The position numbers and the translations under genes are program-made. Positions 26,560-39,410 of a stretch of DNA of 64,000 bases are shown here, in pieces. Position 1 is the first letter of the stretch; each line of letters begins with the position of its first letter. The notes below the pieces were generated by a model that was not told the origin of the DNA, did no database searches, and was given only the letters and a program-made list of their open reading frames with translations. The stretch lies in NCBI GenBank assembly GCA_035221665.1, contig CM069149.1, positions 44,826,001 through 44,890,000 on the forward strand, read 5' to 3'. Source of the stretch: Okamejei kenojei. Its lineage: Eukaryota.

Positions 26560-29377
26560 GTACGAGAAAAGTATGGATAGTTATTGGTCAGATGTGATTT
26601 TCTTTCTTTTGCAATGCAGACAGCTCAGTGAAATTTGCCACACTCCTCTTGTACACCCACTCTCTGATGTGTTGTCAAGTATCTTCCCACAGCTGTCAAA
26701 ATAGTCTAATAATTCAAAACCTTTTGAACTAATAAGCCCATGAGTTCACAATTTATAGATAATTCATTTCTGCTGCTAGAATACTTTATTGGAGCGACAT
26801 ATATCATTCTATGGTTATAGCTACATTATTCATATTGTATAGAAAGTTCCAATGTGTTTTTTTCCTTGTACCAAAGATGTATCAATGTTGCAATGTCACA
26901 ATAATTAATTTACCTTCTCATTTCCAAGGCCTGGTAAGGGCTTTGTAGCAGGGAAAAGAAAGGTGTGAATCAAGTTGAGATGTTCAGGTATATATTGCTG
27001 GTTTCCTGAGGGCAGAATGGTGTTTTGTGTCAGAGATTCTTAAAGAAAACTGGAAATCTTCATGTAATACATTTGCTGGACCTGGTTGTCATAGAAATGT
27101 GAATGGAATCGTGGAGGACAAAATGAAATGTGATCACCAATAATAGTCAGATTTATTGAAAAGAGGATTTATTTGACTGCTGTTATTTTACTGACGTGTA
27201 TAAACAAAAGGATGAAGAATAGTCCATGAGAGTACATACAATAGCTCAAAGATTTAAAATCTAAGGGGAAGGAACGTTACTTTGTTCAGGCAATTGAAAT
27301 GGTGTCAAAAGGAGAACTTTCTGCCTTAATTCCGTAAAACAGGAAGGTTTACCACTGCAATAAAAGTCTTCATTATATTTGCTAACTAATTTTAATCTTT
27401 CTTAATATACCCAACAAATTATCCGCTAAAAAGGTGTTGTTATTTTGGGTTGTCATTATCCAGCACGTTTTCACTTCTCATGTTTTAGTGTTCTGCAGGA
27501 TTGTTTATTAAGACAGTCAGACAAACGTGAATATAGGAATTTGTGCATAAACGGTGACGTTTCATATTTTTTAATGTAGCCTATAATTGCGCATGAGGTA
27601 AACTGGCAAGCAGAATATATGTCATCATTTTATTTTAATATAAGTACAAAGGAGTTATTAGTACACTCTAAATTATACATTGTTTAGCAAATTAGACAGA
27701 GTTTGAAGTGAAGGAATGTCTTATTTATAATGAAATTAAAATTGACCATGGTGCAGTATTTATGTTATCACAGTGAGGGCTGTTAATGATGCAAATAGAA
27801 TTCTTACAATTTCAGCCAGCCACTCAAACACTCTCGAGTCCAGTGTTCCCCAGCTAAATGTGGGATAAAGTTCCCTCTGCCTTGCCCCAATAATATGCTT
27901 TGAGCCAAAGCTCAGAAAGACTCTGAAACGACACTAATATGGGTAAAAGATTTAAAACTATTTTTCACATCAGTCATCTTGTGGCCTCAGTTGATTTGCC
28001 AATTTAATATAAACCAGCAGCTGTTTTGTACTTGAATTGGAGGCACATTAGAATTAGGAAACTATGCAAAATACTTTGTATGGAAAACAATACAATTTAC
28101 AGAGTAAATTTTTCGTCATCCATCTAGAATGTGTTGAATGTGGGACCAAGATGTGAATCCAGTGAATGTTCACTCAAACGCACATTTAACGTCACATTAT
28201 ATTTGCAATATATTGCAACATTTCAGGTTCTTTCCTCTCCCGATGCTTTCAATGTGATGCTCTAGTTAATAAAGATATTGTGCCTTTAGTTCACCTATAT
28301 AAATTGAATTTAAAATAAGGGAATAAAAGACAATCCAATGGCATCTGAAATTCTGTACATGCCTCATTTTTGTTATCAGTAGCTACACGAGGAGACATCA
28401 AGCACTTCTTAGTGAAAGAGCCACATTGGATTGTTACCAGACACTCAGTATAGTGCACTTTGATGGCAGAGGAGCTAATAGATCGTTGCTTAGATCTATC
28501 AAATCCTAGATAAAGCAACGTAAGCGCATATGTACTTACTCTACATGAAAGGTTTTGTGGTTAAGAACAGTTATTGTCTTGTGCTCCTTGTAGCGATGTA
28601 ATCTACTTATTATTAATAAAAATGTACAAAATAATTATTATCCAAAAATATAATGTGTAACCTTCATGAGAACTCACGGAAACCACAACTGAAAATGTGT
28701 GTTGGTCTCTCTAGCTGCTTGTACATGCCTCTGCAGCGTAGTAAATGGCACAAGCCTTTGAATGCTCCAATAATTGAAGCCAACCTACACATTCTTCCCA
28801 TGATTTATCACAAGACAGAAGGTATTCCACACAGCAGTCAAAGCACAGCAAATATTAACTAACAAGAAATTAGTTTTCACCTCAGAGGTTAGCAGTCAGC
28901 TTGGTGAAATGTCTGTGTCGGTGGAAATTTCCATTTATGAACAAAGACAAACCTAGTTGATAAAAATGTTGATGAAATAACATCAACTGGCATTTTATCG
29001 AATCCATCTTTAATTGCTGTGACTCTGTACAAGGCTTTGGTTATAAATTGTAAGTGTCTTCTTGTGCACTGAGCCTTTCCAGGGATAAAAAATGTTCACT
29101 GATACACGGGCCAGTGCTTGAAGTCATACTCATTTATCTTGTGAATGTGTTTCCAAAACTGTGTCAATTTGAGGGCAGCAACAAAATGTCAGAATGTGCA
29201 GATGTATTTTCAGTAGCATCTTCAGTATCAGTGGCAGATTCTGAGGCAGTGTAATTAATGGTGCAATTTAATATTCCCTTGGCTCCTGTGACATTATGAA
29301 CAAATTCCACTGCTGACTGATGAATCATAAACCCGACCAACAAATAGTACAAAGCATCATTGCAATTGAGAAGTGAA

Positions 29378-29440
29378 GAAAAAGTGCTGGAGGAACAGCT
29401 GGTCAGGCAGCATCTCTGGAGGACATGGATAGGTGGCACT
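29378..29440 (-). mobile_element. Degenerate PLE terminal-repeat fragment
   Basis: aaagtgctggaggaacagctggtcaggcagcatctctggag; ttgagaagt repeated on both flanks. Confidence 0.6.
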
Positions 29441-30436
29441 TTGAGAAGTAAAATTACATTTGTTAGAATTGTGACTCCAGCATATTTCCGTTGTGATTTA
29501 GGTAGGGATTAAGTGCATTTTGAAGGAGTCCTGATTGCAGCAGAATAACAAGCAGCTGATCTTCCCGGTATCTTTGTTTTGTATGCGTTTCATTGATTTA
29601 CTTCCATTCACACTGCAGATTTGCACCAGGTTTAGTGTCAGTAACTTTTCTGTTCTGAGATAAATATTCCAATGAATCTTGGATATCCAGAAGATATCTT
29701 GCTAGCTTTTAATCTTGAATGAAATGTCCCAATATCGGTGGAGAAATCCCTAGATTGAAGGACACCTTGCTTTTAGACAATCAAAACCCATTCACTATTT
29801 GATGCAGGAAATAATCTTCAGGTGGTTGATCTTGAGTTTATTCAATCCTGTGAGAATTAATGGATCGTTCCAACTGCAAATGGGAAATCGCCATTGACAG
29901 TAAATCATTCTTCCACCATCTGAGCAGCTGTCTTTTGTGTGAGTGGCATCCTTAGATTACGTAATTGTACAGAAATGGACGGAGGGAAATTTAAATAATC
30001 TAAGGTTTTTTTTATCATGTTTTTTTTTTTTTTAATCGCTCATAAGTGTTAACACTATACTTGCTGTTTTATTAATAACTGCACTGCACTTACCTTCTGA
30101 AACCCAGAAGTTTACCTCTTCTGCCATTCATCCAACTGGGTCAAAATCCTGAGGTTTCCTACAATTGAGCATTGTCGAGAATCATCACTAACAGATCATT
30201 ATTACTGTAAGAAAACGCACTCCATCTCTTCAGGAACAAAGAATGAGCAGCAACTGCTGCCTTACTAGTATACCCATGTCTTGAGAAATAAAGAAAGATC
30301 TCACTTGATCAATGTTTGAGACACTTTACAATGGAATGGGCACAGCAGAAGATGGTGAGTTTGATCATGTGCCAGTTTTATCCTTTGTCAGTCAGATGTA
30401 AGATTTTACTATTTGGATGGGTGAAGGGTAGGAATG

Positions 30437-30595
30437 ATTTAGGTTTAGGCTTGTTATTGTCATGTGTACCAAGATACAGTGAAAAGCTTGGTTTTGCATG
30501 CTATCCAATAAAATCAGATAATATACAAAACGGCAACAAGTCAAACTTAAGTTCATTAGGTAGAGCAAACGGAAAGATACAGAGTGCAGAGTAGA
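30437..30595 (-). mobile_element. Rex1/Babar-type LINE 3' tail fragment
   Basis: (tttagg)n then ttattgtcatgtgtaccaagatacagtgaaaagc, i.e. tgacaataa on the minus strand; a similar piece lies at about 42045-42180. Confidence 0.5.
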
Positions 30596-33124
30596 GGGAT
30601 AACATCACGTTAGATTTGGTTTGGAATGTTACTTCTGGTAATCATTCATTGAGAGAACTGCAAGAGATTTTCAGATGATCCCATCATTTTTTTTTAATTA
30701 TGCAGGGATAAAATGAGATAGTCTAAGAAAAACTATGGGAGAGTAATGGGCAGAAATATAACTAAAACCCAAAGAGATTATCTGTAAAGTTGTGACCGAG
30801 ACAGATGTGTGTGCTTACCCATATCTATGCAAGTGCAGAGGGTTAAGTAAGATGTAAAACCTCCAGAGTAATAGGTAATTGACTTTGTCAGCTGCCTGGC
30901 ATGGAACACATGGGAATCATTAATACAAGTGCACAGAAGGAGAAGCTATTTGGCTGCAGAAGGTTAAGTTTAACAGGAAGCGACCATCCACTAACATTTT
31001 TACAGGGCACTTGGCTCTTGTAAATGTCCTCGATTTATAAGAAACGGTTTCACATTTAAAACAAAATATTGAAGCAGTCATCTATCAGTCAAAGAAAATA
31101 ATTTTCTGTAATGAAACAATTTGAGCGTTATTTATTTGTCCATTGGTCCCACGTGTAAATAATTCATTTTTGCATCTTTGGAATTCGAAGTTTAAATTAA
31201 ATGCGGAGAATGACAAAAAATATCAAAAGTATCAAATGTTTATAAAGCAAGGAAAATAATAAATCAGTTTTACAGGATGTTCATACTTTTCTAGAAAAAC
31301 ATTTTTAGAGTTTTGTTGTATTCTTTGAGACTATTTTCACTTGTCCATTCTTTCACAATGGGACACACAATTGATGACTTCACTATAAAACATTGGATAC
31401 CAGAAATGAGAAATAAGCTTATAGTTGGATTTTTCTTTAATGCAGAAATATCTGACCCAGTCTTGAGAAATGTAATATGTTTTGAATTTTTGCTGGTTTC
31501 AGTGTAACAGTGTGTGTGTCCTCGCCTGCATGCATCTGTTTATTTGTTTATTTTGAAAGCAGTTCCTTTGAGAAGTCAGCTTGTTCCAAGTAATATAAAC
31601 TGACCTTCTGGAAGGATAGTCTATAATAAAATGCCAAAAACACAAATTGTTATCGTTCTGATTTGAGAGGAAATTTTGCGTAGGATCCAAACGAATATCG
31701 TTCTAAGATATTAATTGATTTCTTAAATAAACAGAAGACAGTTTTAAGACGGACCACACAGTTTGTTAGCCACAAGATATCGTTTTGTAAAGCTTTTTTT
31801 TAATGAGTTAATACAACCACGCCAAGTAGCAGAAGTTGTGAATGAGATTGGTATACATAGGTTGGGTTAAAAGGCATGTAAATAAGTAAATAAACCCATA
31901 GAATTGGTTGGTATTTGAGAGTACTGTGGAAAGCTAGGCAATAGATTTATGAGGCAATGAAATCATTTCAATGGATACACTAGACACCAGCAGATTAGAA
32001 ACAGGCTAATGTGATTCCTATCTTTAAAAAGGGTGATAAAAATACATGGGCAGCAACAGACCAATTAGTCTGCAATCATATTTCAAATTATACAGACATA
32101 GAATTTTACAAAATCACAAAGAACCGGGTGGCTTATTCACTGCGTTCTGACTGACCAAACGAAAGGCCATCCACACAATTCCAGCTCCAAGCCTGGATAT
32201 AGCCTTGTACATTAGGGCATTTCACATTAATGTCCAAATCCTCTACCCCCTTCCAGGCAATTAGATTCGGATCACTAATAGCCTGTGGGAGAACTTCCCT
32301 TACCTGATCGTTATAATCTTGGAATGCTGGGTTCTCTGTTGTGGGATATGGATCCTTCTTGTACTCTCTGGACCCCCCTCCCATATTTTTAAATTCCCCA
32401 ACTAAATATGCCATCAAGCATCTCTATTCCAGTGAAAACAACTTCAACCTACCCACTCTTCTTATAATTGAGAAACGGCTTTCAACATCCTAGTAAATCT
32501 ACTTAGTATTTCTGCAAATACATCCTGTCTGTCATGTGGAGAGCACCAAATGATTGCAGTACCTTAGTTGTCAGTTTTCTTGTGATTATGCAGTTCCAGC
32601 ATAACCACCCTTGTCTTACACTTTATGCCTGAACTAATAAAGTATCCTGTACAACCTTAATCAGTTTATAAAATCTTAAGAAATATCTAGTTGTGGGCCA
32701 CATGGCCATTCAACTAGAACTGCTATTTAAGTAGAATCAATCTTCATCAATTTTCCGAACTGATTATTGTTTACCCTGATTCTTCTGTGTTCCAGGTATC
32801 TATGGATATATTGAATGACAGAGCATCCACTGCTCTCTAGATAGAGAATTCCAGCTATCCCTTTCCTGTTAAGTAAAGAAATTCCTCATTGCATAGCTAC
32901 ATATTCATCTATATATTGTGAGACAGTCCCGAACTCCCAGCCGGAGGAACCAAACTCTCAGCACACAACCTGTCAAATCTCTTCAGAATCTAATCTTATT
33001 CGCTCTTATTATTTTCAACTCCAGTTGAAAATATCCAACTTACTATTTCCTTATAGGAAGATCTTCCATCATTTCCTTTCTTGCTTCTATGAAATACATT
33101 TCACCCCGGTCTGAAATTGTACGT

Positions 33125-33320
33125 AAAGCACAAACTCACAGGTCAGACAGCATCTGTGGAGAAAATGGACAGGCGAATGGGTTTTGGGTTGAATAACGGT
33201 CCTGACCCGAAATGTCATCTGTCCATTCATTGCCTCCAAGATGCTTCCTGACCCGCTGAGTACCTCCAGTACTTTGTGTTATGCTCGAGATTCCAGCATC
33301 TGTAATCCATTATTTCTCCT
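33125..33320. mobile_element. Degenerate PLE inverted terminal-repeat pair
   Basis: cagcatctgtggagaaaatggacagg...gacccgaaatgtcatctgtccatt...gatgcttcctgacccgctgagtacctccag. Confidence 0.7.
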
Positions 33321-34452
33321 GGTGATGTATCTACTTTTTAACCCCAATAATATCCCCTTATTATATTCTCCCTAATTAAATTTAAGTCATTCAATACTTC
33401 AAAATCCCCCTCCTTAATTACAGTATCAGTATTGCCCCCATAGTTTGTAAAGATAGACACAACTACTCATGATGAATCATGCCCAAAACTTCCACCTGAC
33501 AACACAGATTAGATTTCAGCCTCTAAGAGGCCCAGTCTTTCTTTAACTTTGCTCTTACTCTTCATATACTGCTGGGAAAAAAAAGGATTTCCTTTATTTT
33601 CACATTTCAATGCTTTCATGCCCTCTTGTTGCTTTCCCAGTGAGGTCCTTACTTTGACGTCTGCACTCTCACTGCACTGCTAGTCTTTCTGCAGTATATT
33701 TAGATCTTGCTATCTGATATAAGTTCCTTTTTTTTTCCCTAACTGTCCCTGTACGCACTTTGACATTCGGGGGTTCTCAAATTGGGAATCCCATTTATTT
33801 TTAGGGAACCTATTTGCTCTGAACCCTCACTGTCACCTTGAATGCCTCACAGTGCTCTGGCATTAATTTACCTTTGAGCAGCTGTTTCCAATTTTTGTTT
33901 GCTAAATTATATCTCAGCCAAGTTAAGCTTCCCTTCCCCCAATTCCGAACTTTACCCTGATCTATCTTTGGACCTTTCTGTGACCATGCTAAATTTAGCT
34001 AAATATAATCACCAACACCAAACTGCTGTCCCAGTTACCTCTTCCACCGCTCAAATTCATTCTTGAAAACCTGCCACTCATGTTGGTCTCATTACATATA
34101 TGCTGAAACAGTCCCCATGAATTCATTGCCATGCAAACCTTTTAAACTGATTTTATACCAGTTAATGTTGAAATGTGTCCATCTATTTGCCCTCTACAGG
34201 GTCGATAAAAACATACCCGCATATTATGATAATGGAGTTATACTCATTTCCGTTCCTCTGTGGGATCCTTCCAGCGAGTGATCTCTCACACGACTTTTTA
34301 AGCAATGCTATTGACCACCCACTCCCCTCTATTTTTTTGTTTTCCCTACCTTGGACTGAAAAACATATACTAGTAATATTGATCTGCCATCCACATCCTT
34401 TAAGCTGTGTGGCGATATCTGCTACATTCTCAAATTTCCAAATGTATAGCTG

Positions 34453-34785
34453 TGTCAGAGTGAGGCTCCGCACAAATTGGAGGAACAGCCCCTCATATTT
34501 CGCTTGATGCACCCCAATGGTATGAACGTTGACTTCTCTAACTTCAGGTCGCCCTTGCTTTCTCCCTCCATCCCCTCCCCCTTCCCAGTTCTCCCACTAG
34601 TCTTACAGCCTCCGCGTATATTCTTTCCTTGTCCCGCCCCCTCCCCTGACATCAGTCTGAAGAAGGGTCTCGACTCGAGACGTGGCCAGTTCCTTCTCTC
34701 CATTGATGCTGCCTCACCCGCTGAGTGACTCCAGCATTTTGTGTCTACCTTCGATTTACGAGCATCTGCAGTTCTTTCTTAAACA
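34453..34785 (+). mobile_element. 3' end of a Penelope-like retroelement: GIY-YIG endonuclease C-terminus, pyrimidine-rich UTR, hammerhead-type terminal repeat and tail
   Basis: 34453-34548 translates to CQSEAPHKLEEQPLIFRLMHPNGMNVDFSNFR, resembling the E..(W/L)I..L....P.G(L/M)N motif that ends PLE GIY-YIG domains. ctgaagaagggtctcgac follows at 34657, then the family body. Confidence 0.8.
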
Positions 34786-35199
34786 TATCACCTCATCGGC
34801 CTTATTCTCACAATGACTTGCATTCATGTACACACTTTTAAACATTGCCGATCTCATCTCTGTCTATTTTCTGGTCTCTGTTTCCTCTGTCTTACAAACT
34901 TGTTTACCGTTTGTCTGTCTGCCATTTCTAGTGTTTTACCTCAGCCTTCTACATGTACAATCTGTTTCTCACTCCCTTACCAGGCTGGTTTTAACTCTTG
35001 CCAGGAACCCAAGCAGAAATCCTCATCATTCTCTTTATTTGTCCAATCCATTTGGCTTTCAAAGGTCCCACATCCCCCAAAGACGTCTCAGTGCTGCTGT
35101 GATCCGAATGACTTTGTGTATCATCTCTAACCGCTTGATTGCCTCTTTTTTCTGTTGATACAATGTTATGGCACTGGGGGTTTCTGGTAATGACAAACA

Positions 35200-35288
35200 T
35201 TAAGAAGGAACTGCAGATGCTGGAAAATCGAAGGTAGACAAAAATGCTGGAATCCTCACCCGCTGAATTTCTCCAGCATTTTTGTCTA
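35200..35288 (-). mobile_element. PLE tail plus short fold-back
   Basis: aagaaggaactgcagatgctggaaaatcgaaggtagacaaaaatgctgg then ccagcatttttgtcta; flanks aacatt(a/g)aga. Confidence 0.75.
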
Positions 35289-35737
35289 ACATTGAGACCT
35301 GCATTGATTCCTCTTCTCCTGAGATCCCTCAAATCTTTCTCACTCCTTTTTATATCCATGTCATTGCTATTGATTTTGGACCGCAACTGCGTCTCCTCCT
35401 TCAAATGATCAGCTCTTGCGAAACCTTACAGAGCAGATGGAGGGTGATGTTTAATTTGGATGAATAGTGCCACAGCAGAGGTCACAGCCTCAAAAGAAGA
35501 GGAGAGATTTTGTAATCAGTGGGTGGTGAATTCTTGGAAATCTATACCAAAGAGAGTTGTGGCGAATGAATCACGAATACATTCAAGAGAGAAATAATGA
35601 ATTGAGGGCATGTTAAGGGCATCGAGATATGGGATTAGCGAAGGAAAATGGGACTGCGGTAAAAAATTTGCTCAGATTTTATTCCATAGGAGAGTAGGCA
35701 CAAAAGGCTCAATGGTTCTGCTCCTGTGTACAGCGGT

Positions 35738-36280
35738 AGAGTCATACAGTAGGAACACAAGCCCCTTGGCCCAACTTGTCCATGACAACCAAGACGCCCC
35801 AGCTAAATTAGTCCCATTTGGCTCATATCCCTTTTCCTGTCTGTGTACCTGTCCAAATGTCTATTAAATGCTGTTATGCTGCTTGCTCCATATACCCACC
35901 ACTAGAGAGTTGTGCATCTTTGGAATTCTTTGCTCAGAAAGCAATTCTCTGCCTCAGAAGCCAATTCACTGAATGCTTTCAAGAAAGAGTTAGATAGAGC
36001 TCTTAAAGATAGCGGAGTCAAGGGATATGGTGAGAAGGCAGGAATGGGGTACTGATTGTGGATGATCAGCCATGATCACATTGAATGGTGGTGCTGGCTC
36101 GAAGGGTCAAATGGCCTACTCCTGCACCTATTGTCTATTGTCTAAGTGGAAAAAGTTGCCCCTCAGATTCCCATTACATCTTTCCACTCTCACCTTAAAC
36201 TTATGTCCTTAATCTTCCCCTCTCACCTTATACTTATGTCCTCTGGTTCTTGATTCCTCAACTTGGGTCAAGGACTCTGC
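35738..36280 (-). mobile_element. CR1 3' fragment with a nested + strand CR1 3' fragment (about 35903-36143)
   Basis: Outer halves rejoin as tatacccaccac|...|gtggaaaaagttgcccct; the inner copy ends (ctattgt)n. Confidence 0.75.
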
Positions 36281-36978
36281 AATTCTTTCTTATATTCATG
36301 TTATTTAATGCTCAAAATGGTTTGCAGCTGCTCAGTGAAAATCTACTTTGTCACCTGGAGGCAACATTCCATCCAGAAATCTTGTAGCTGTAAAGGTAGC
36401 TCTCACCTTTGAATTCCCATTGTTGTTGCTTCCCTCGTGCACCCTCCTTTCCCACTTTCCCCATCTCCACCCCACCAACCCCACCACGTCTAATCCCAGC
36501 TGATCTCTGCAGCTGTATCGCCCACGGCACATGAATGAGCAGTTGTCTTTTACTGAGAAATCATCATCCTAAGCAGTTTTCTTATCTAAACATTGTCTAG
36601 ATGTTGAAATACACTCTACTAGATGATTCATGGGGATTTTTTTTAGGCTTAGAAATTTACATTGGCATGTACTTTCAGAATTAATGTCGCGTAGTCATCG
36701 GTTTATTCTTGCAACAATCCAATCTTCCTACTGAGCAGAGGCATTTCATTTCCAATGTAGTTTCGGAAAGGGAAACCTACCTTGTCCTTTCATCTGGAAA
36801 TGGACAACGCAAATGCACAATGCCAGATAATGACATAACGTGACAATTTCATATGAAACATTATTCATAAAGTTCAAAGCTGTGGAGATTTGGATGATTT
36901 TTAAGAATTTCAGAAAGTGCAGGAATAAATAGTAGAAAATAACAGGTACTTATAAAATTTATATCATGGTTGGGATAA

Positions 36979-37471
36979 AGGGGCTGTCCCACTTGGGCGA
37001 CCTAATTGGCGAGATTAGAAGAGTTTGAATAAATGACATGTTGTAGACCTCCTTCGACTATGTTGAAGACCAGCTGCGACTAACTATGACTAACTTCGGG
37101 AAAATTGGACACCGATAGTGGAGAGTGAAGGCGACCTCCTTCGATCTCCTTCGACTTACCTTCGACAATGATGAAGACTATCTACAACTACCTTCGATTA
37201 CCTACAACTAACATGTCGACCTACTACGACTAAACCTATGAGTAATAAAAGTATCGACTTTTTTTCCATGGCGACCTTTTTTTACTAACGAGCATTTTTC
37301 AACATATTGGAAAAAACGCCGCAACCTAGCTGAGGCCTCGAGTACGCGGAGACCACTCTCGAGCATGAAAGAGAGTTACAAAGACCTCATACGACCTTGT
37401 GTCGACCTTGATGAGTCGAGGGCAAACTCGCCAGAATTCGCGGATTAGGTCACCCAAGTGAGAAAGGCCCT
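36979..37471. mobile_element. PIF/Harbinger-type MITE (493 bp)
   Basis: Imperfect TIRs aggggctgtcccacttgggcgacctaat and attaggtcacccaagtgagaaaggccct. TAA TSD at 36976-36978 and 37472-37474. No ORF. Confidence 0.8.
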
Positions 37472-37589
37472 TAAGGGAAATTCCTAATTTGGAAGCTTGG
37501 AATTGGATCACTGGTACTGTTTCAATAAGTTCAATAGAAATTGTTCACACTTGCAGCCATAAACTAATCTACATGGGCAGTGGATTTGG

Positions 37590-38052
37590 AGAAATTGGTT
37601 CTGTTATGACTATCATTACCCAGTATCTTCTAGCAATCCACACCCTGAGTTCATCTGGTTTAGCTGTTAGGCTTATTGCATTACAATAAACATTTTTAAT
37701 TCTATCAGACCTTTCCTCGCTCCCTGGCTGGCCCCTCCCTATCTTTTCTACTGACGTGACTTGCATTAACATCTATATGAGATGTTTTTTCTGCATCTGC
37801 CTCACTATTGCTTTCGGTCCCATCTCCCCACTCTGCCACTTTAGTTAAACCCTTCCGTTTAGCACTAGTAAATCTCCCACCAGGATAATGGTGCCTCTCC
37901 AACCCATCCCTCTTGGACACCTCCTACTTTTCCTTGATGGGGGGGGCCTAATAATTCATATACCTGGATCACTCCCCTCTCACCAGCTCCTTAGCCACAT
38001 ATTTATCCATACCTTCATCCAGTTCCTTGCATCATGGCACAGTAATCCTGAG
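37590..38052 (-). mobile_element. Old CR1 remnant including the start of the AP-endonuclease; continues at 39410-39840
   Basis: ORF 37569-37772 contains YCNAISLTAKPDELRVWI...IVITE, resembling the APE N-terminus NARS...K.DEL......ITETW. Confidence 0.65.
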
Positions 38053-38054
38053 AT

Positions 38055-39410
38055 TAGTTTAGCTTAGTTTAGAGATACAGCATGGAAAAAAAATCCTTCA
38101 GCCCACCAAGTGCACGCCAACCAGCGATCACCCATACACTAGTTCTATACTAAGGTCATAAGGAATAGTAGAAACAGGCCAATTGGCCCATCAAGTCCAC
38201 TCCGCCATTCAATCATGGCTGATCTGTCTCATGGAATCATGGAAATCATGGAATCATGGAAAACTTTATTGTCATTCAGACCTTGCGATCTGAACGAAAT
38301 TTCGTTGCCTGCAGTCATACATATAGTAAATAACAAAACACACAATAAACACATATTTAACATCCACCACAGTGAGTTCACCAGACACCTCCTCACTGTG
38401 ATGGAAGGCAAAAATCCTGTCTTTGTGTCTTCCCTTCTTGTTCTTCCTCTTCCTCTGCGCTGAGGCGACCCGGGCCTCCGATGTTGTGACCGCACCGGGT
38501 GATGTAAATAGGTCCCGCGGGTGAACCGCGCTCCGCGAGCGGGCCGGTCGAAGCTGCCGCCCTCCAGTCCAGCGGACGCAGCTGTTGCCGCGGGAGCTCC
38601 GGAAAAACAGGTCACCAACCTGTGACCTGCGAGCTCCCGACGATGTCGTCCACTGGGCCCGCGGCCGGGCCTCCGAAGTCGCTGCCGCCGCCACCGCCAC
38701 CGGAAAGCCGCCACAGCTCCGAGTCGGGCCGCCTGAACCCGCCACGGCCCCGAAATTGGCCAGCCCCGCGCTGGTAAGTCCTGGCTGGCTCTGCCTCCGG
38801 AACCTCGAGGTCGGTCGCAGTTGGAGGCTGTCAGCTCCGCCATTGGGCCTCAGCGGAGACGGAGACGAGGGATATGACAAGAAAAGTCGCGTCCCCCCCA
38901 TAAGGAAGAGACTAAAAACGTTTCTCCCACCCCTCCCACATACATACACTACATAATAACTCAAATTAATGCTGAAACAAGACAAGAAAACAACAAAAAA
39001 AAAGAAAAACAGACGGACTGCAGGCGAGCTGCTGCTGCCATCCACTCCCAATGGAGGGCAGCGGCGTCTCTCCCTCCTAACCCCATTCTCCTGCCTTCTC
39101 CACATAGGTTCTGACCCCTGTACCAATCAAGAATCTATCTATGTCTGCCTTGGCCTCCACAGCCTTCTGTGGCAAAGAATTCCACAGATTCACCATCTCT
39201 GACTATAGGGTGACTAAAGTACTATTCACTGGGCACAAATTACCAAACCAAATTAAACTACAAATCTACACATCTTTGGAGTGTGGGTTGAAACCGTAGC
39301 ACTCGGAGAAAATCCACGTGATCACAAGGAGAACGTACAAACTCCATACAGTCAGCACCTGTGGTCAGGATCGAATCCTGGTCCCTGGCGCTGTAAGGCA
39401 GCAACTGTAC
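38055..39410 (-). mobile_element. HE1-type SINE split by a CR1 3' fragment (38157-38230 and 39066-39205), itself split by a GC-rich element
   Basis: SINE tail 38055-38150 and body/head 39230-39410. The CR1 halves rejoin as gatctgtctc|tccctcctaaccccattc. Confidence 0.8.
38231..39065 (-). mobile_element. 835-bp CpG-rich non-autonomous retroelement with Rex1/Babar-type 3' end
   Basis: Minus-strand end aaatttcgttcagatcgcaaggtctgaatgacaataaag plus (catgattc)n tail. TSD gtctc at 38226-38230 and 39066-39070. CpG-rich core about 38455-38900. Confidence 0.65.

Noticed and set aside
38229-39126. 204-aa and 284-aa minus-strand ORFs
   Set aside because: They overlap in different frames, are R/G/A/S-rich and cross insertion boundaries. 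They are explained by stop-codon scarcity in a GC-rich element, and I recognise no domain.
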